Below, piece by piece: positions 12,941-26,483 of a DNA stretch of 64,000 nt; position 1 is the stretch's first letter, and each line of letters begins with the position of its first letter. Source of the stretch: Cetorhinus maximus (Eukaryota); contig NC_135892.1 in NCBI RefSeq assembly GCF_964194155.1, positions 92,318,001 to 92,382,000 of the forward strand. The letters are read 5' to 3'. Both the position numbers and the translations under genes were made by a program. The notes below the pieces were generated by a model that did no database searches, was not told the DNA's origin, and saw nothing but the letters and a program-made list of their open reading frames with translations.

Positions 12941-13619
12941 AAGATCGCTTGTTGGGCTGTAATGGAAAATGAGTGACTAAAGTGAAGTGTACTCCTGTCT
13001 GAGCTGCCGGGAAGCAGAATTAGCTGCCATTTGCACATGTCTTTCATCCCTGACAGCCTCTGGTGTTAAAAGCTGTTAGAATTACTGCCTCAGGGACATT
13101 GGCACATTGACACTCAACAGCATCTTTTAAACCTTGTTAATTTTAACATAATGCCAACTTGTTACAACTGAAATAGTTGACAGTGGAACAGCATTGTTTG
13201 CTTGCTTTACGTTGGACTGAATCTTCCGAGGATTGCCACTCTGCTCCTGTTTTTTTTTTACTCAGCGCTGGAGCTCCACATTCTTGACCCAGACCTCTGA
13301 ACTGGGCCTATTCAGAAATGCGGAATGTACCTGTTCTCATAGTCATTCCTCACATGGCAGCATCGTTGAGGGAAACCAAGCCATGCCCCCTTTTACAGCA
13401 CCAGGTGCCGCAGTTTGGTAATTTGGTAATTTAGTAATGGTTCATTCACTAGCGCAGAGAAGCTTTGGGACATTTAAATAGCTTTACGCTGTGTTAGTGA
13501 ATGAGTGTGAGTGAGGTAAATGGGCAGCATGGTAGGGTGTTAGTTGGATGGTAGGTGGCAGGGTGGTGGGTGGGTAGGCTGGCAGGGTGGTGGAGTGATA
13601 GAGTGGTGAGGTCATGTCA

Positions 13620-14761
13620 GATTGGGTTGGGGGGTAGTTGGAGGGTCAGGGCAGGGGGTCAGAGGGTTGGGAGCAGTCAGAGGGTCGTGTGGGGGGGCAT
13701 TCAGGGTGGTGTCAATTGTATGTTTATCCAGGAGTTCGACCTATTTCTTTCAGTCTAACATTTTCTGGGTAACTATCCAGTTAAGTAAGTCAGAATCCTC
13801 TGAAGTTTCTGACTGTAACTTGGAGTTGGAGGCTCTTTCGGAGGGTTACAGGCACAGGGTAATTGCCCATCAGAAGTTGAAATTTTCCAGGCAATTCCTG
13901 CAGAGTCCTTGTGTTGGGACCTCTGAAGGGTACCCCAGCACATCTTCCAGGGTACCTCCGAGGTCTGACCATCCAGAGACCAGGTTCTGAGCCATCATAT
14001 TGTGGCTGCCTGTGAAACAAGTGGATTTATTTACTGGCATGTTCTGCTGAATGGACAGTCACAATATTGTCTGTAACCCTTTCCTGATGTTAAGAATGAC
14101 CCATGCAAGACTTAGACAGACGGGTGTTGGAGACATTTATGCGGTGGCAAGAAACAAAGATCATCCCACAAGGTGGCGCTCTTTGCCTACGGAGGAATGC
14201 ATAGCGCCTGAATGATGTAGCAAACTGCGAATGGTGTCATTACTATGAACCTGGATTTTTTAGTTTTGCATAATCCAGGCATATCTTTGGTGGAACTGAA
14301 CTTTCACTCCTTTTACCCTTGACCCCAGCAGAATCTTTGGGTAATTTAAATAACTTTGGAAGATCGCTCAGCCTCGATGAGAGCGAGTCCACTTGCGAGA
14401 GGGGGAGGTGGGGGGGATGGTTTTGGTTTTGGTGGGTGCAGATCACGTGTGGCAGACCACAGAAGGTTGAATACACAAGGTCTTTAAATTTAAACACCCA
14501 CCTGTGCTGGGTTCGGGGGGGGAGTTGGACGGTCGGGGCAGGGGGTCTGAGGGTTGGGAGTAGTCGGAGGGTCGGGGAGTTGGGGGGGGGCGTTCAGGGT
14601 GGTGCCAATTGTATATTTATCCAGGAGTTAGACCTATTTCTTTCAGCCTAACATTTTCTGGGTAACTATCCAGTTAAGTAAGTCAGAATCCTCTGAAGTT
14701 TCTGACTGTAACTTGGAGTTGGAGGCTTTTTCAAAGGGTTACAGACACAGGGTAATTGCCC
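13620..14761 (+). repeat. Direct repeat of ~250 bp (about 13620-13868 and 14506-14761)
   Basis: Near-identical text, e.g. acattttctgggtaactatccagttaagtaagtcagaatcctctgaagtttctgactgtaacttggagttggaggct, in both copies. Confidence 0.85.
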
Positions 14762-15149
14762 TCTTCCCTCAAAGCAATTCTGGAGGGCGGGGGCAATCAG
14801 GAGATTCTTGCATTCAACACTGCTATGGTGTAAATTAAAGTTACTGTCATTTAAACATCATTACAGTATACCCACTCAAATGTTGGCAGGGACCATCCTT
14901 CAAATCCAGAGTTAGAAAAATGAATGGGACACAGAATAGGAGCCCAACTCAATTACTACATAGCTGCCCAGTTTTGCCTTAAAATCATAATATTTTGCCT
15001 AAAAATCATAATAGGATATTAACATAACACACGGTGCACATTAACTATGTAATCTGTTCTTAACACCAAATCAGGGAACTAAAATAAAAAATGGGGGAAA
15101 AAAAATAACTCACTTTGCACCTGTTTTTTGGGCATTTAATGACACAATG

Positions 15150-16085
15150 CCTGTTTTATCACCCTGATCTCAAACTCAGCTTCAGCTGCTCACCAGTGAT
15201 CTTCCCTCCTTCATAAGGTCAGAAGTGGGGATGTTCGCTGATGAAACGCAAAATGTTCAGCACCATTCACCACTCCTCAGATACTGAAGCAGTCCATGCC
15301 CATATGCAGCGAGAACTGAACAACATTCAGGCTTGGGCTGATATGTGGCAAGTGACTTCGTGCCACAAAAGTGCCAGATAATGATCATCTCCAACAAGAG
15401 AAAATCTAACCAACTCCCCTTGATATTCAACACATGGCTGAATCCCCCAAACTTAACTGGAATAGCCAAGTAAACACAGTGGCTACAAGAGCAGGTCTGG
15501 GGCTGGGGATTCTGCAGTGAGTAACTCAACTCCTGATTTCCAAAAGCCTGTTCATCAACTACAAGTTGCGAGTCAGGAGTGTGTTGGATTACTCTCCACT
15601 TGCCTGGATGAGTACGGTTCCAACAACACTCAGGAAGCTTGAAACAATCCAGGGCAAAGCAGCCCACTGGATTGTCACCCCATCCACCACCTTCGACATT
15701 CACTCCCTCAACCGCTGATGCACAGTGGTAGCAGTGTGTACCCTCTACAAGATGCACTGCAGCAACTCGTCAAGCCTCCTTCAGCAGCACCTTTCCAAAC
15801 CTGTGACCTCCACCACCTAGAAGGGTAAGGGCAGCAGACACATGGGACTACCACCATCTGCAAGTTCCCCTCTCACACCCTCCTGACTTTGAACTATATC
15901 ACCGGTCCTTCAGTGTTGTTTGGAAGGGAATTCCAGCATTTTGACCCAACAGCAGTGACGTGTGCCTATTCCAGATGGGCTGCAGCCGTTCAAGGTGGAA
16001 GCTTACCACCACCTTCTCAAGGATAATTATGGATCAGCAACAAATGCCGATCATGCCAACAATTCTCATATCCCATGAAAGAATT
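15150..16085 (+). mobile_element. CR1-like LINE 3' portion, degraded
   Basis: VGMFADx RT motif near 15225, NIQAWADMWQV and YSPLAWMS-like blocks; same family as 57850-58770 but opposite strand. Confidence 0.75.
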
Positions 16086-16859
16086 TTTTCAAATGCATGC
16101 ATCGCTCAGTTTTTCCCTGGCTTAACCAATCGTCCTTTAAGAGACCCTTGGAGACCACCAACAAAAAACCAAGTGAAGGATCCCATGTTTGGCAACCAAT
16201 AGCATCTGTGTGAGGGGCAGGGCAGGTGAAGATGAGAGATCTAGTGATAAAACCTCCAGTCAGTTCAGCAAGAGCTGTCAACTCTAGTCCCATCTTCACT
16301 AATAAATCCCATTCATCACCTCAGTATTGAAGTTGGAGCTGAATAAAATGTCAATTGCTTTCACCTGTCAATTGTTTTCGATTCCAAACTAGCCTGACCA
16401 TTTCAGTCATCCGTATCCCTTTCTGAGGCATTGTCCATCCAGCACTTCCTTGGTTTTCTTATTCCATGTACCTTTGGGCCATGGGTATTTTAGTTGTTTC
16501 CACACTTGAAATGTGCCAACACCATCTTTGGGCAAGAGTTGTTTCTTGTCCGAGCCAAGCTCTTACTATGTCATTCTAGATTCTTCTCATCCTATGTGTT
16601 ACTCTCAATCAACATATCTCTGCTGTCAATACCCTTCACTGTACATTGGGATGAGTTGAATGAGTCACAACACATTTCCATGTACAATAATTTTGGCACT
16701 AGATTAGCAACGTACCAAGGCAATAGGAGAAAGTTTAGGAAATGGGATGCACATTACTGTTATTGCAGCAGCAGCGAATAGGAATTCAGATTGAACGATA
16801 CAGCAGGAAAAATGCGGGAAACTCAAGTTAATTAAAAAATGGTAACGAAAGAAAAAAAA

Positions 16860-17272
16860 ACTTGCATTTATCTATTGTCTTCCACAATCTGAGTGTCCGA
16901 ACGTCCTTTATGGCCAGTAGTGTGATTTTGAAGTGCAGTCAATGTAATGTAGGGAAGTGTGGAAATCAATAAACAGCAATGAAATAAATGACCAGATCAC
17001 CTGTTTCTCTGATTTTATGATATTGGTTGAGGGATAACTATTGGTCAGGATACCAAGCAGAACTCCCTGCTCTTCTTCAAATAGTACTATGAAATCTTTT
17101 ACTTTCACTTGAGGGGGTTTGGGTTTACGTTTCATCTGAAAGGCGGTACTTCTGACAGTGCAACACTCGCTTAGTATTGCACTGAGGTGTCAGCCTAGAT
17201 TATGTGCTCAAGTTTCTGAAAAGGGACTTGTACCCACGACCTTCTGAGTCATGAGTGCTGCCACTGAGCCGC
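16860..17272 (-). mobile_element. tRNA-derived Deu-domain SINE (SacSINE1-like)
   Basis: Reverse complement matches the copy at 60095-60525 (cttgagcacataa..aggctgacac..agtgctgca..gaagaagagcagg). Confidence 0.7.
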
Positions 17273-18684
17273 AATTTACGAATTATTAAACAAAAATGGG
17301 ATAAGTAAATAGCGAAAGAGAACAGGGAAAAAAATGTGGATGATAAAGACCCTATCTCCATAGCTCCCTTGCTGTTAAGGGACAGAAAGCAGAAGAAGGC
17401 CACGAATTAATGGCAGGTTGTATATACATGGGAAACTGTAACTCTGAGGCAGGAGATTATGAATTACCAAGGAAGATCCTGCTGAGTTTGGAAGAGCTGG
17501 GAGGCTGGCCTGTGAAACATATCCATACAATTTGCATCGTGAAGTATGCCATCAGCACCTGGAACATTATTACAGAACAGATTGCAACTTTAGGTTATGA
17601 ACGAGAAACCCAAGCTGTTATGTTTTACAGCCACTGCTGTTTTCCATATCTTACCCAATATTAGTCATTTTCTAAATTCTTTATTGCAGGGAAATGAGGA
17701 AGCGCGTCCCTAAAAACTATTCACTTTCTGCCAAAGCAAATGAATCTTGGATACTAACCACAATGTGATTTTGAAAGTCAATATCAGAATGGCCATTATC
17801 AAAATTGAGCAGCCCAGAGTCAACACTGTTCACAAATGCCTCAGTAAAATCCACCATTAAACTTCCACTCAAAATCTAATGGGAACAACTTTTATAGCCA
17901 TCAAATAAAACATACGAGCTTATAAAATAAAAGCAGTTTTGTTTCATTCTGCATCAGCAACGTAAACAAAAGCGCTGATAATCAGAAGCTTTTTGTTTTG
18001 TTTTAATCAGCAGTTTATTTTAAACAGCACCTTTCTTAATGCTTTCTAGCAAAATTAGTTACTTTATGTAAATCCAATGAGCACATTTCCTAATAACTGT
18101 ACCATTCGCGGATCCTGACACTGACTGAATCTTTTCTTATCCCAATTTTCTCTGGTCTTCTCCTGAATATATAATCCTGAAGCCTCTGAGTGCCTCAGGA
18201 GAAATAAATGGGCGGAAACATTGCCATTGTTCAATTTTTTTTTCTTTATTCTTTCATGAGATGTGGGTTGCTGACAAGGCCAGCATTTGTTGAAAGCAAG
18301 CAAGGATCCTGGCCATTGCCAACTACTAAAATTCCTTGCTAAATTATGGTTCTAAAGGTTTCAATGGATCTCTGGTTCATTGTGCAAGTGACCGTTGCGC
18401 AAGCATGGTGACGACGCCTTGAAAAGCCATTGCCTGCTGACCAGCTGCACCCTGGCCCTATATGAATTCATGGGTTCAAGTGTCTTTGCATAATTCAGGT
18501 GTATGCATGGGCTAGTATCAGTGCTGCTGAGGTGCCTATTTGGCTAGGGAAGGGCTGAGAGGGCATGGATGAGGACAGCACAGCAATGAGAGGGGTTAGC
18601 GATGTAGGAAACTGCATTGTCAAGTTGCTGTGTTGAATAGACAGCTGTATCAGCAAAAGTAGGCAAAATGGGTTTTAAATTATT

Positions 18685-19342
18685 GGCCTGAATTTCATGC
18701 TCCCCCGCTGGCAGGTTTGAAGGCATGGTGGGGTGGGGGTGGGGAAACTATTAGCCATTTAAGGGCTGTTTCCCACCCAGCCTCAATTTTGAGGCTGGCG
18801 GGAGGATTTCCAGGACACAGGGGAAGCCTGAAAATGATCAGCCTCGGTCGAGAAGGGTGGGGGGCCTCCATCAGAAGCCCCCTTCTGACTTTGGCAGCAG
18901 CCCTCCACCCCCACCTCCACAAGGTTCTCTCTCCCTCGACACCCCAATCGCCCATTATCCACCCCCACCAGGCCTTCTCTGCCCTCCTTGCCCTGAGACC
19001 CCGAAAACTTACCTTTCCATCCAGTCCTGGGTCTTAGGCTCTGATGTCTTCAGGAAGTTCCTCTCCTGTCCACTGCAGCTTCTGTTCCTGCAGGGACTAG
19101 AGAGCTGCCGGCCAATCAGATTGGACGGCAGCTCTCTAAGGTGGGATTTCCTCCCAGGAGAGGGGCGGAAGTCCTGCCTGCAGCCAACCGATGCTCATTC
19201 GAACATGAAATGGCTGCGGGGCAGGCAGAGTCGGCCGGGATGTGTTCCCCACCCACTCTTCGGATGGAGATGAGATGGGAAAACCCGCCGTCCGAAACGC
19301 CCTGACCTTTGTTAATATAACCTCTGCCAGAATGAGACCCTG
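18685..19342. mobile_element. GC-rich MITE-like element of the second family
   Basis: GGCCTGAATTTC start; internal palindrome GAGAGCTGCCGGCCAATCAGATTGGACGGCAGCTCTC. Confidence 0.6.
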
Positions 19343-19757
19343 GCAATCATGTATGCATGTTTCAAAGACTGTGTGGGAGAGGTGCAAACTTGGACAGGTT
19401 ACATTGTCCTGCTAGACTTTTTACAGAATGAGGCAGGTGCATAAAAGCTCTTTCACCCACTTCTACCAGAGAGGTCAAGGCTGAAAATGATGAATCATAA
19501 CTGGGTCTTGCTCAAATTTCATCCTTGCCTACCTAACTAGCGCCCCTGGTGTGCTCAAAATCTTGCAAATTTTTGGGGCTTAGTAGTTTACTGCACAATG
19601 GTGAGCACAATCCTGGCTTCACCTGACATCAGTTCAAACTAAGAGCGAGAACGCAAATTCATTTTTTGTCCTACATTACTCACTGCACTGCTGACACTGG
19701 ATGCCTGTGGAGCAGATAAAATCAACAACCAAAAGAAAAAATGCACAATAATTTCCT

Positions 19758-20117
19758 GGGGAGGGTTTTCCCTCATCGGGCGGGCGTGGTGGGCAGACCC
19801 GGGAATGGCCACAAGGCTGACTGCCGCTCGCGATCAGGCCCCGGCCATGATTTCACGCTGGTTGGCCAATTAATGGAAAATGCAAAGGCTGCCTGGCCTA
19901 TTCGCCCGCCCGCCAATCAAACAGCGAAAAATTCAATTTGATTAATTGTTTAAGGGCCTTAATAGGCCTCTTGATTGTTGGCGGACACGCACGTGAGAGA
20001 CTGAAAGATCACGAGAGAGCGTGATGACATTGGGACTCTCATCCAGCGTCATCGCGCACTATTCCACCCCTGTTTGGGTTGGACGCGCGCCCTCCTGTGG
20101 GACCAAAAATTCTGCTC
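19758..20117. mobile_element. Harbinger-family MITE, internally deleted (~360 bp)
   Basis: Both terminal regions match the 4547 copy; the central portion is missing. Confidence 0.75.
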
Positions 20118-20408
20118 CTGGTTTCTGTCCAGGTCTGTTTCGTTTAGAATCAGCCACAATAAAATGAATTGAGTTTGCCTTGGGAGCATCTTCAGACTGA
20201 TAAAAAGAGATAAAATAACAGATATCAAAGTGGTCACCAATTTGTTGCCCCCTCAAATTTTGTGCAGTAAGTGGAATTGGTGATGGGAGACTGAAAAACC
20301 CAGCTCGTATCTATATAGCTGGATCTGCATCACTCTTGCGGCAGAAGTGATTTTCTGTCCTGACTTTAAGATTGGCCTAGAAAAGCCACAGTTGCTTTTA
20401 AATACTAT

Positions 20409-20640
20409 GGGCGGAATATTATGCTCGGAGGCGGGCATGTGCCCGACACTCCTGAGTGTAAAATGACGTGCGATGACGTTGGGCGAGCACCCCAACAATA
20501 TCGCAGTCTCGCGATATTTAGTTCGGCGGGTGCGTGCCAGAATCAGCTGTGCGCCCGCCAACAATTAAAAGGCCTATTAAGGCCATTAAGTAGCTAATCA
20601 AATTCAGCTTCCTGACCGCCCCCGCCAAGCACGTCTGCCC
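20409..20640. mobile_element. Harbinger-family mini-MITE (232 bp), TSD TAT
   Basis: GGGCGGAATATT ... GTCTGCCC flanked by TAT/TAT. Confidence 0.8.
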
Positions 20641-23600
20641 TATAATACACAGAAACAAAGCCTAGTTTAACTTACTGTTTAGTTCGCTCAGGATTGGGCT
20701 GACCACACGCTTTGACCATCTAGAGAGGGCTTCACAATCAATGGAGCTTAGAGGGTTTAAAGTTTTTATCCTTTTTCTTATTTTACAGGTTAACAGCGTG
20801 TTGTAAGTATAGGCTTTTGTTATTAACTTTTATTGACATTTATATGGGAAAAAATGTTTTATTAAAAGGTTAGAGATTTTTTCCTTTCCCTTAACTGTAT
20901 CTGATGTTTATGTGGAACTTAAGGTACCAAACACTGGGCTGTCACTTTCCCTGACTGGTGAACAAGTGGCACCAGCTGGCTGTTACACGTGCACTTGCCC
21001 ATAGATTTTCTGTAGGCTTTGACACTTAACAGCCAAATATTCAAAAAGCACAGCATTCCCTATAGATCAGTGGTATTCATTAGAAAAATAGTGATGGCCA
21101 ACTGGGATATGGGAAAATTTTAATCAGGCCACAAGTAGAAGGTATCTCAATACATAAATCAAAAACAAGATTATGAAAAATAAACATTAGTAACTGTACA
21201 CAGTACACCAAGTGTACGCTTACTAAGGGCAGGATTTTCACAGAGTTGGGGGGACTCCACAGACCTTTAAAAAAATGGCATGTTGGATCTGAATGCAAAA
21301 GATGCGCCCCCATTTCTGACAGATCCAACTTTGGCTGGTGAAGGGGAAGGGACAGGGCATGATTCACATAGGTGGGAAACCCAAGCTCAGCATGGCCATT
21401 TAATCTTAGTGCTCTGTTCATACAGGCCCCATTTTGCCTGTTCCAAGGCCCTTAACCCACAGTGTGGGAGACATGAATTGATGGAATAGGCGTAAACACT
21501 CTTGAAGGGCGGATAGGTCTGTTTAAATGTCATGGTCTGAAGTTTTTTTCAAAATCACCTGATCTTTAAACTTAAAAGAAAACAGATTAAACTGTCAGCG
21601 AGAGTGAAAAAAAAAGTCTGTTGGAGTGCTTTGACAGACAGGCCATCTGGTTTAGATTAGAAAAAGAAGACAATCTGTTCTGCAGTTTCAATGGGGTTCT
21701 TTGTTGACATTTCCCAAGGGCTGTTAGTATGGCATTATGAATGCTTGGCTGAGTTCCAAAACTACCATTATCTCAGCAGGTGTTTCTGAGTTCACAGTTT
21801 GATTGACAGTTTGGAGAGGCTATTACATGATAAACTGTCTTTATTGTGGTTATTAACTTGAAGGGTGTTTGTTTTTCTAACATATTAACCACTTGAGAGG
21901 ATTTAAAAGCTTTGACTGTGTTTTGAGGATGGGAGTGTGCTTGAGTGAGAACTGTATTTGATTGTTAGGAGTCTATTTTTTCATCTCCATATGATTCCTG
22001 AGGTCTACCCAGGGTGAGTACTGGGAAAGTGGCTAAGGAATTGGCATGGGGAGTATGAAGGGACATGGAGTGGATGGGGGCATGAGTTGGCTTGGAGGTG
22101 GCATGGGGACATGAGGGTGTGAGAGGGTATAAAGGGTGAGGATTAGAGGGCCAATAGCCTCTAAAATGACTGTGATGAAGCCCCAGAGAATTATGATAGG
22201 TCTTCTAACCAGCTTACCTCGGCACTTGCCCACCTCCATGGCCGCCTACGATCTGCTTCCAGGGACCCTGTTCCCTGCAGTGAAAATTGGATCCAATGGG
22301 GCCCTTTAAACCAAGGCAGCTCTGCCAAGTCAGGAAATTTCCCAGCATGAGCTACCCACCTCACTAATGAAAATCTGGTCCTATAACTTACTAACTCCTA
22401 GTAACGTAACATGCTTGTTGTCATTCCCATTGGCTGTCTCTCCCTTTCCCAGACCCTCCCACTCGCTATCTCTCCTGTTCACTGCTTACCTCCCCAACCC
22501 TCCTGCTCGCCGTCTCTCTCCCGCTCACCGACTCTCCCATTTGCTGCTTCCTTCCCCAACTCTTCCCTCTGACTCGCCGCTTCCCTCTCCCAAACCTTCG
22601 CTGTGAGTGAGGGCTCATGCGAGGGTCAGCAAGAGGAAGGAAATGAGTGAGGCAGTGAGGGACTGCAAGTGGGAGGTGTGGGGAGGGAAGCAGCGTGCAG
22701 GAGAGGCAGTGAGTAGGAGGGTCGGTGAACCTCTTGGTGAATACTGCTGCTGTGGAGCAGGCAACATCCTTAGACAGTAAGATCGAAGAATTGTTAATTT
22801 GCCACACAGTTTGAACAAGAATCTGTCAGTTACAATATTGAATTCAAGGTCAACTCAGGTATGAAAGTGAAATAAAGTGAAGGAAAGAAAAATTGGATTA
22901 AGAGAGAGTAGGAGACAAAAAGAAAAGTAAAAACAATGTTTTTTGTATTTCCAATAATAATTAAATTCTGAGGAATGAGACTCCATACTTGTGAAAGCTA
23001 ATTTTCAGTGTTAAAGAAGTTGTTTGGCAATAATTAAGATTTCCCACATCATTAAAAGTGTACTCACATTGGAATGGATAATCTCTTCTTGTGAGTTTAG
23101 TTTGATCTATAAGGTAAGTACAGCAACCTCATGCTGTTCAATCTAATTGAATGAGTAGTCAGATGGTGGAATGCCATTTTTAGAAAGTTTTTGGAGGATC
23201 ATCTCATCTGCACAACAATGTAAACTTTTCCTTTTTTAACTGCTTATGTGCACTTGTCAGAAATTGTTGCTTGATTTCCACACAAATAGCCCCGATAACC
23301 ACCTGACTTTTAGTTAAGCAGCAAATTCGGGCCCTTTATCTACTGATTCAGCAGAAAGCTGTCTGTAATGGAAGCATTTGCAAGAATTCAGCAAAATGGA
23401 AAGAGCTAAAAAAATTGAAAGAGAAGGACATGAGTAAAGAACTATTACAACACAGACTTCCATGAAAAGAGATATCTAATTGATGAATCACCTTAGTTAA
23501 AATAATGATGAACGTTTGTTTAGAAGCATTTGTTTAGAAGTACAACATTTTAAAATTGCTGGCACAAAGCGAATGAAAGGGTGCCAGGCAGATCAATAGA

Positions 23601-24780
23601 TACCAAAACTTGACTGTCTGCACCCTTTATACGCCACCCATTCATATGGTTATCTGGCATATCTACTTGGCAGTGATAGGGGAACTGGGCCACTTTAATC
23701 TAATTTCAGATCTATGCCATCTCATTTAAAGGCACCAACCATTATATGGTTGCCAGTGTAAGTTGGGGGTAATTACCTCCCTCAATATTTTGCCACTGAC
23801 TCCTAGCATTAACTAATTTGCAGTATCAGCCAATGTGGTGTCCACACAAGAAAGAAAAAACATTCATTTAGAATGTCTCTTCGGATGTCTTTGGGATCTC
23901 CCAAGGTACTTTAGAGTGAATGGATCACTTTCTTGAAGGGTAGTGTTACAATCGCCAGAGAGACTGATGACTTTTAAAAGAAAGGAATTCCCATGAAGCC
24001 AATGGAAAGAAAACCAATGGACAACATTTCACTTTTTCAAATTTTTACTGTAACAAACCAACTAAAATCAACATAATTCGTACATTAATTAATAAGTGAA
24101 GGATATTTCAAATGAAAAGATAAATTTCACTTTAATTCGTTGATACAACAAAAATAAGCCTCACATCACCTCCTGCACAAATGTGGGACTACGTGCAATC
24201 TCACAATCTTTCCAGCTCGGCACCCGCTATGTAGGAACTTCCACTTCCCACTCAATCATTCCGACCCCTGAGTCACATTCACCAGCAGCCGTATTCCATT
24301 CAAAGTACCCGGGCATAGCTAACACCGGCAAGGCTCACATCTATGAACCCTCTCTCACTCGGGTCCCAACAGCTCTGATAGCACAGGATTCCCAATGACT
24401 CCCTTCTCCAACCCCTATAGGTGCTCTGGTGAGCTCTGACAATATTGAAACATCAGCAATGGGTCTTGTCCGATCCACCTTCCTTGCCCTATCTGTCTTC
24501 AGTTCTATGCTCTTTCAAACTGTATAAAACACACGGCAACACAAGGTGGAATTTTCCATGAATTGCACCAAGTGCGGTGGCGGGCGTGAAAAACGATGCT
24601 TTTCTCTCTGGCCACAAGGGTGGATTTTGCGCTTCCTGGTGCATCCCACCTCATTAATAATGCATGGGAAACACATTAGATCGCTGGCAGCTGAACTCAG
24701 ATTTGCCTGCTTCGCCATCACCTTATATTTAAAGCACACCAGAGCACAGCCTACTTCATGTACACAGACGAGCACTGCCA

Positions 24781-26483
24781 CCGAAAGCCAAGATGACAGC
24801 AGCGCCCAAACATACTGACGCCTCACTGGAGCGCCTTTTGGATGCCCTTGAGGCCCACCATGATGTTGTCTACCCCCGCTCTGGCTGCAGGAAGTCCACC
24901 TGAGTCACCAATCCAGCCTAGGAGGTGGTGGCAGCAGCGATCAGCACCAACGGAGCACAGAGGTTGTCAGCCATCCAGTGCAGGAAGAAGATGAATGCTC
25001 TCATCCGTTCCATCAGGGTAAGTCAACCACCTCATCACACTCAACACCCAAACCCATCACACACCCGCTGAGATCTCACACCTCAAGGGACAACACCACT
25101 AACTCTCACACACACCCTCACATCTCTGTCAGGCTCATATCCTCTTGATCTCACGTCCTCATGTCGCCCATGGCTCTGCCCACCACACAATTCCGTACAG
25201 TGTCATCTGTCCTGCTCACACTCTCTCCATCTGTTTTCATGCAGGAGAAGCTGGCTCACAACAGCAAAGAGAGGGCCCAGACCGGGGGTGGAGTGGCCAC
25301 ATTAGGCCCCTCACCCACTTTGAGGAGCATGACATCACGCTGGTTGGTGAGGGCATGGACGTTTCTATGGCAATGGGGAGGTTGGCAGTGAACAGCTATG
25401 TGAGGATCCTGCACCAGGTCATCCCTCTCTCAACACAACTAGGAGTGCTCTCTCCTGTTTTTGACTCTGCTGCCATGCACTAACTATCTCTACTTTGGTT
25501 CACATGGAGCTCTGCCAAATGACCAGCGCCCTCAGCCAATCCCTGAGCTCCATCCAGGTCCTCATCCCCGGCCAAGAGGACGCCTCCACCATTGAAGAGC
25601 TGGAAATAAGCAGCCCAGAAGATCCGTCACAGCCCTTACCCACACCCTTCACCAGTGCAGAGGCACACACCTCGGTGGGACCTATATGTAGAGCAGGCTC
25701 GGGTTCACAATCTGGTGGTCACTGCACGGATACGTGTCCGCAGCAGGAGGAGGCAAGTTCAGCCGAGCTCCCCGGCATTCAGAGGACTGCTGGGGAAGAG
25801 GCATCTGTGAGGTCTGAGTTAGATGATGAGCCTCTGGATTCGGCCTTCCAACTCATCCTGGGGAGTCAGCAGAAGGTGGGGGAACATCATGCAGCACTGT
25901 TGGAACTCAACAGAGTGGCACATGAGTTGGAGGAGTGCATTCACCTGCTCTCTGTGAATTGGTGCCCACATGTGCGTGCATGGAGGTCTCCATGGGGAGG
26001 ATGGTGGATGCCATGGACCTTGGTCCAGCAGAATGTGGAGATGCATGCAGACCTGCACTCCATTGTGGTAGCCATGGGTAAGTTCCTGCTGTGGCAACAT
26101 GAGAGGGAAATGGGGCACCTCGACGTGCTCCAAGTGCTCCTTTCCCTCAAGGAGTCAGGCTGGGGTCTACGGGCACCCAAATGGAGGAGGAGCGGCAGTT
26201 AGACACTTCTGGGTCATCCACTCAGGAACCTCGAAGGCTGTCCGCTGCCTCGGAGTCCCTTTTGCCTGTGACCCCCTCAACCTCATCCTCTGTCACCACC
26301 GAGGGACAGGGGAATAGCCAAAGCAAGCTGGGATCCTCCAGGCCTCGGCTCTCTAGAAGACACGGGTCTAAGTTGTCAGAGGCAACAGGGCCAACCATTG
26401 CACAGGCTGTTTCCACCCCTGCTGTGGATGTCAGGGCAGCACCTAGAAGAAGTGTTGGGCCTAGAAAAGTTAAGAAATTCTGA
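24781..26483 (+). pseudogene. Harbinger Myb/SANT-like DNA-binding protein pseudogene (about 3 exons)
   Basis: APKHTDASLERLLDALEAHHDVVYP...QCRKKMNAL..IR|gtaagt (donor 25018); exon 2 from 25245 EKLAHNSKERAQTGGG; ends RKVKKF*; in-frame stops present. Confidence 0.8.

Noticed and set aside
25495-26202. 235-aa ORF
   Set aside because: Part of the element 1 Myb-like pseudogene; the upstream exon has stops and the ORF contains frameshifts relative to the homologous copies.
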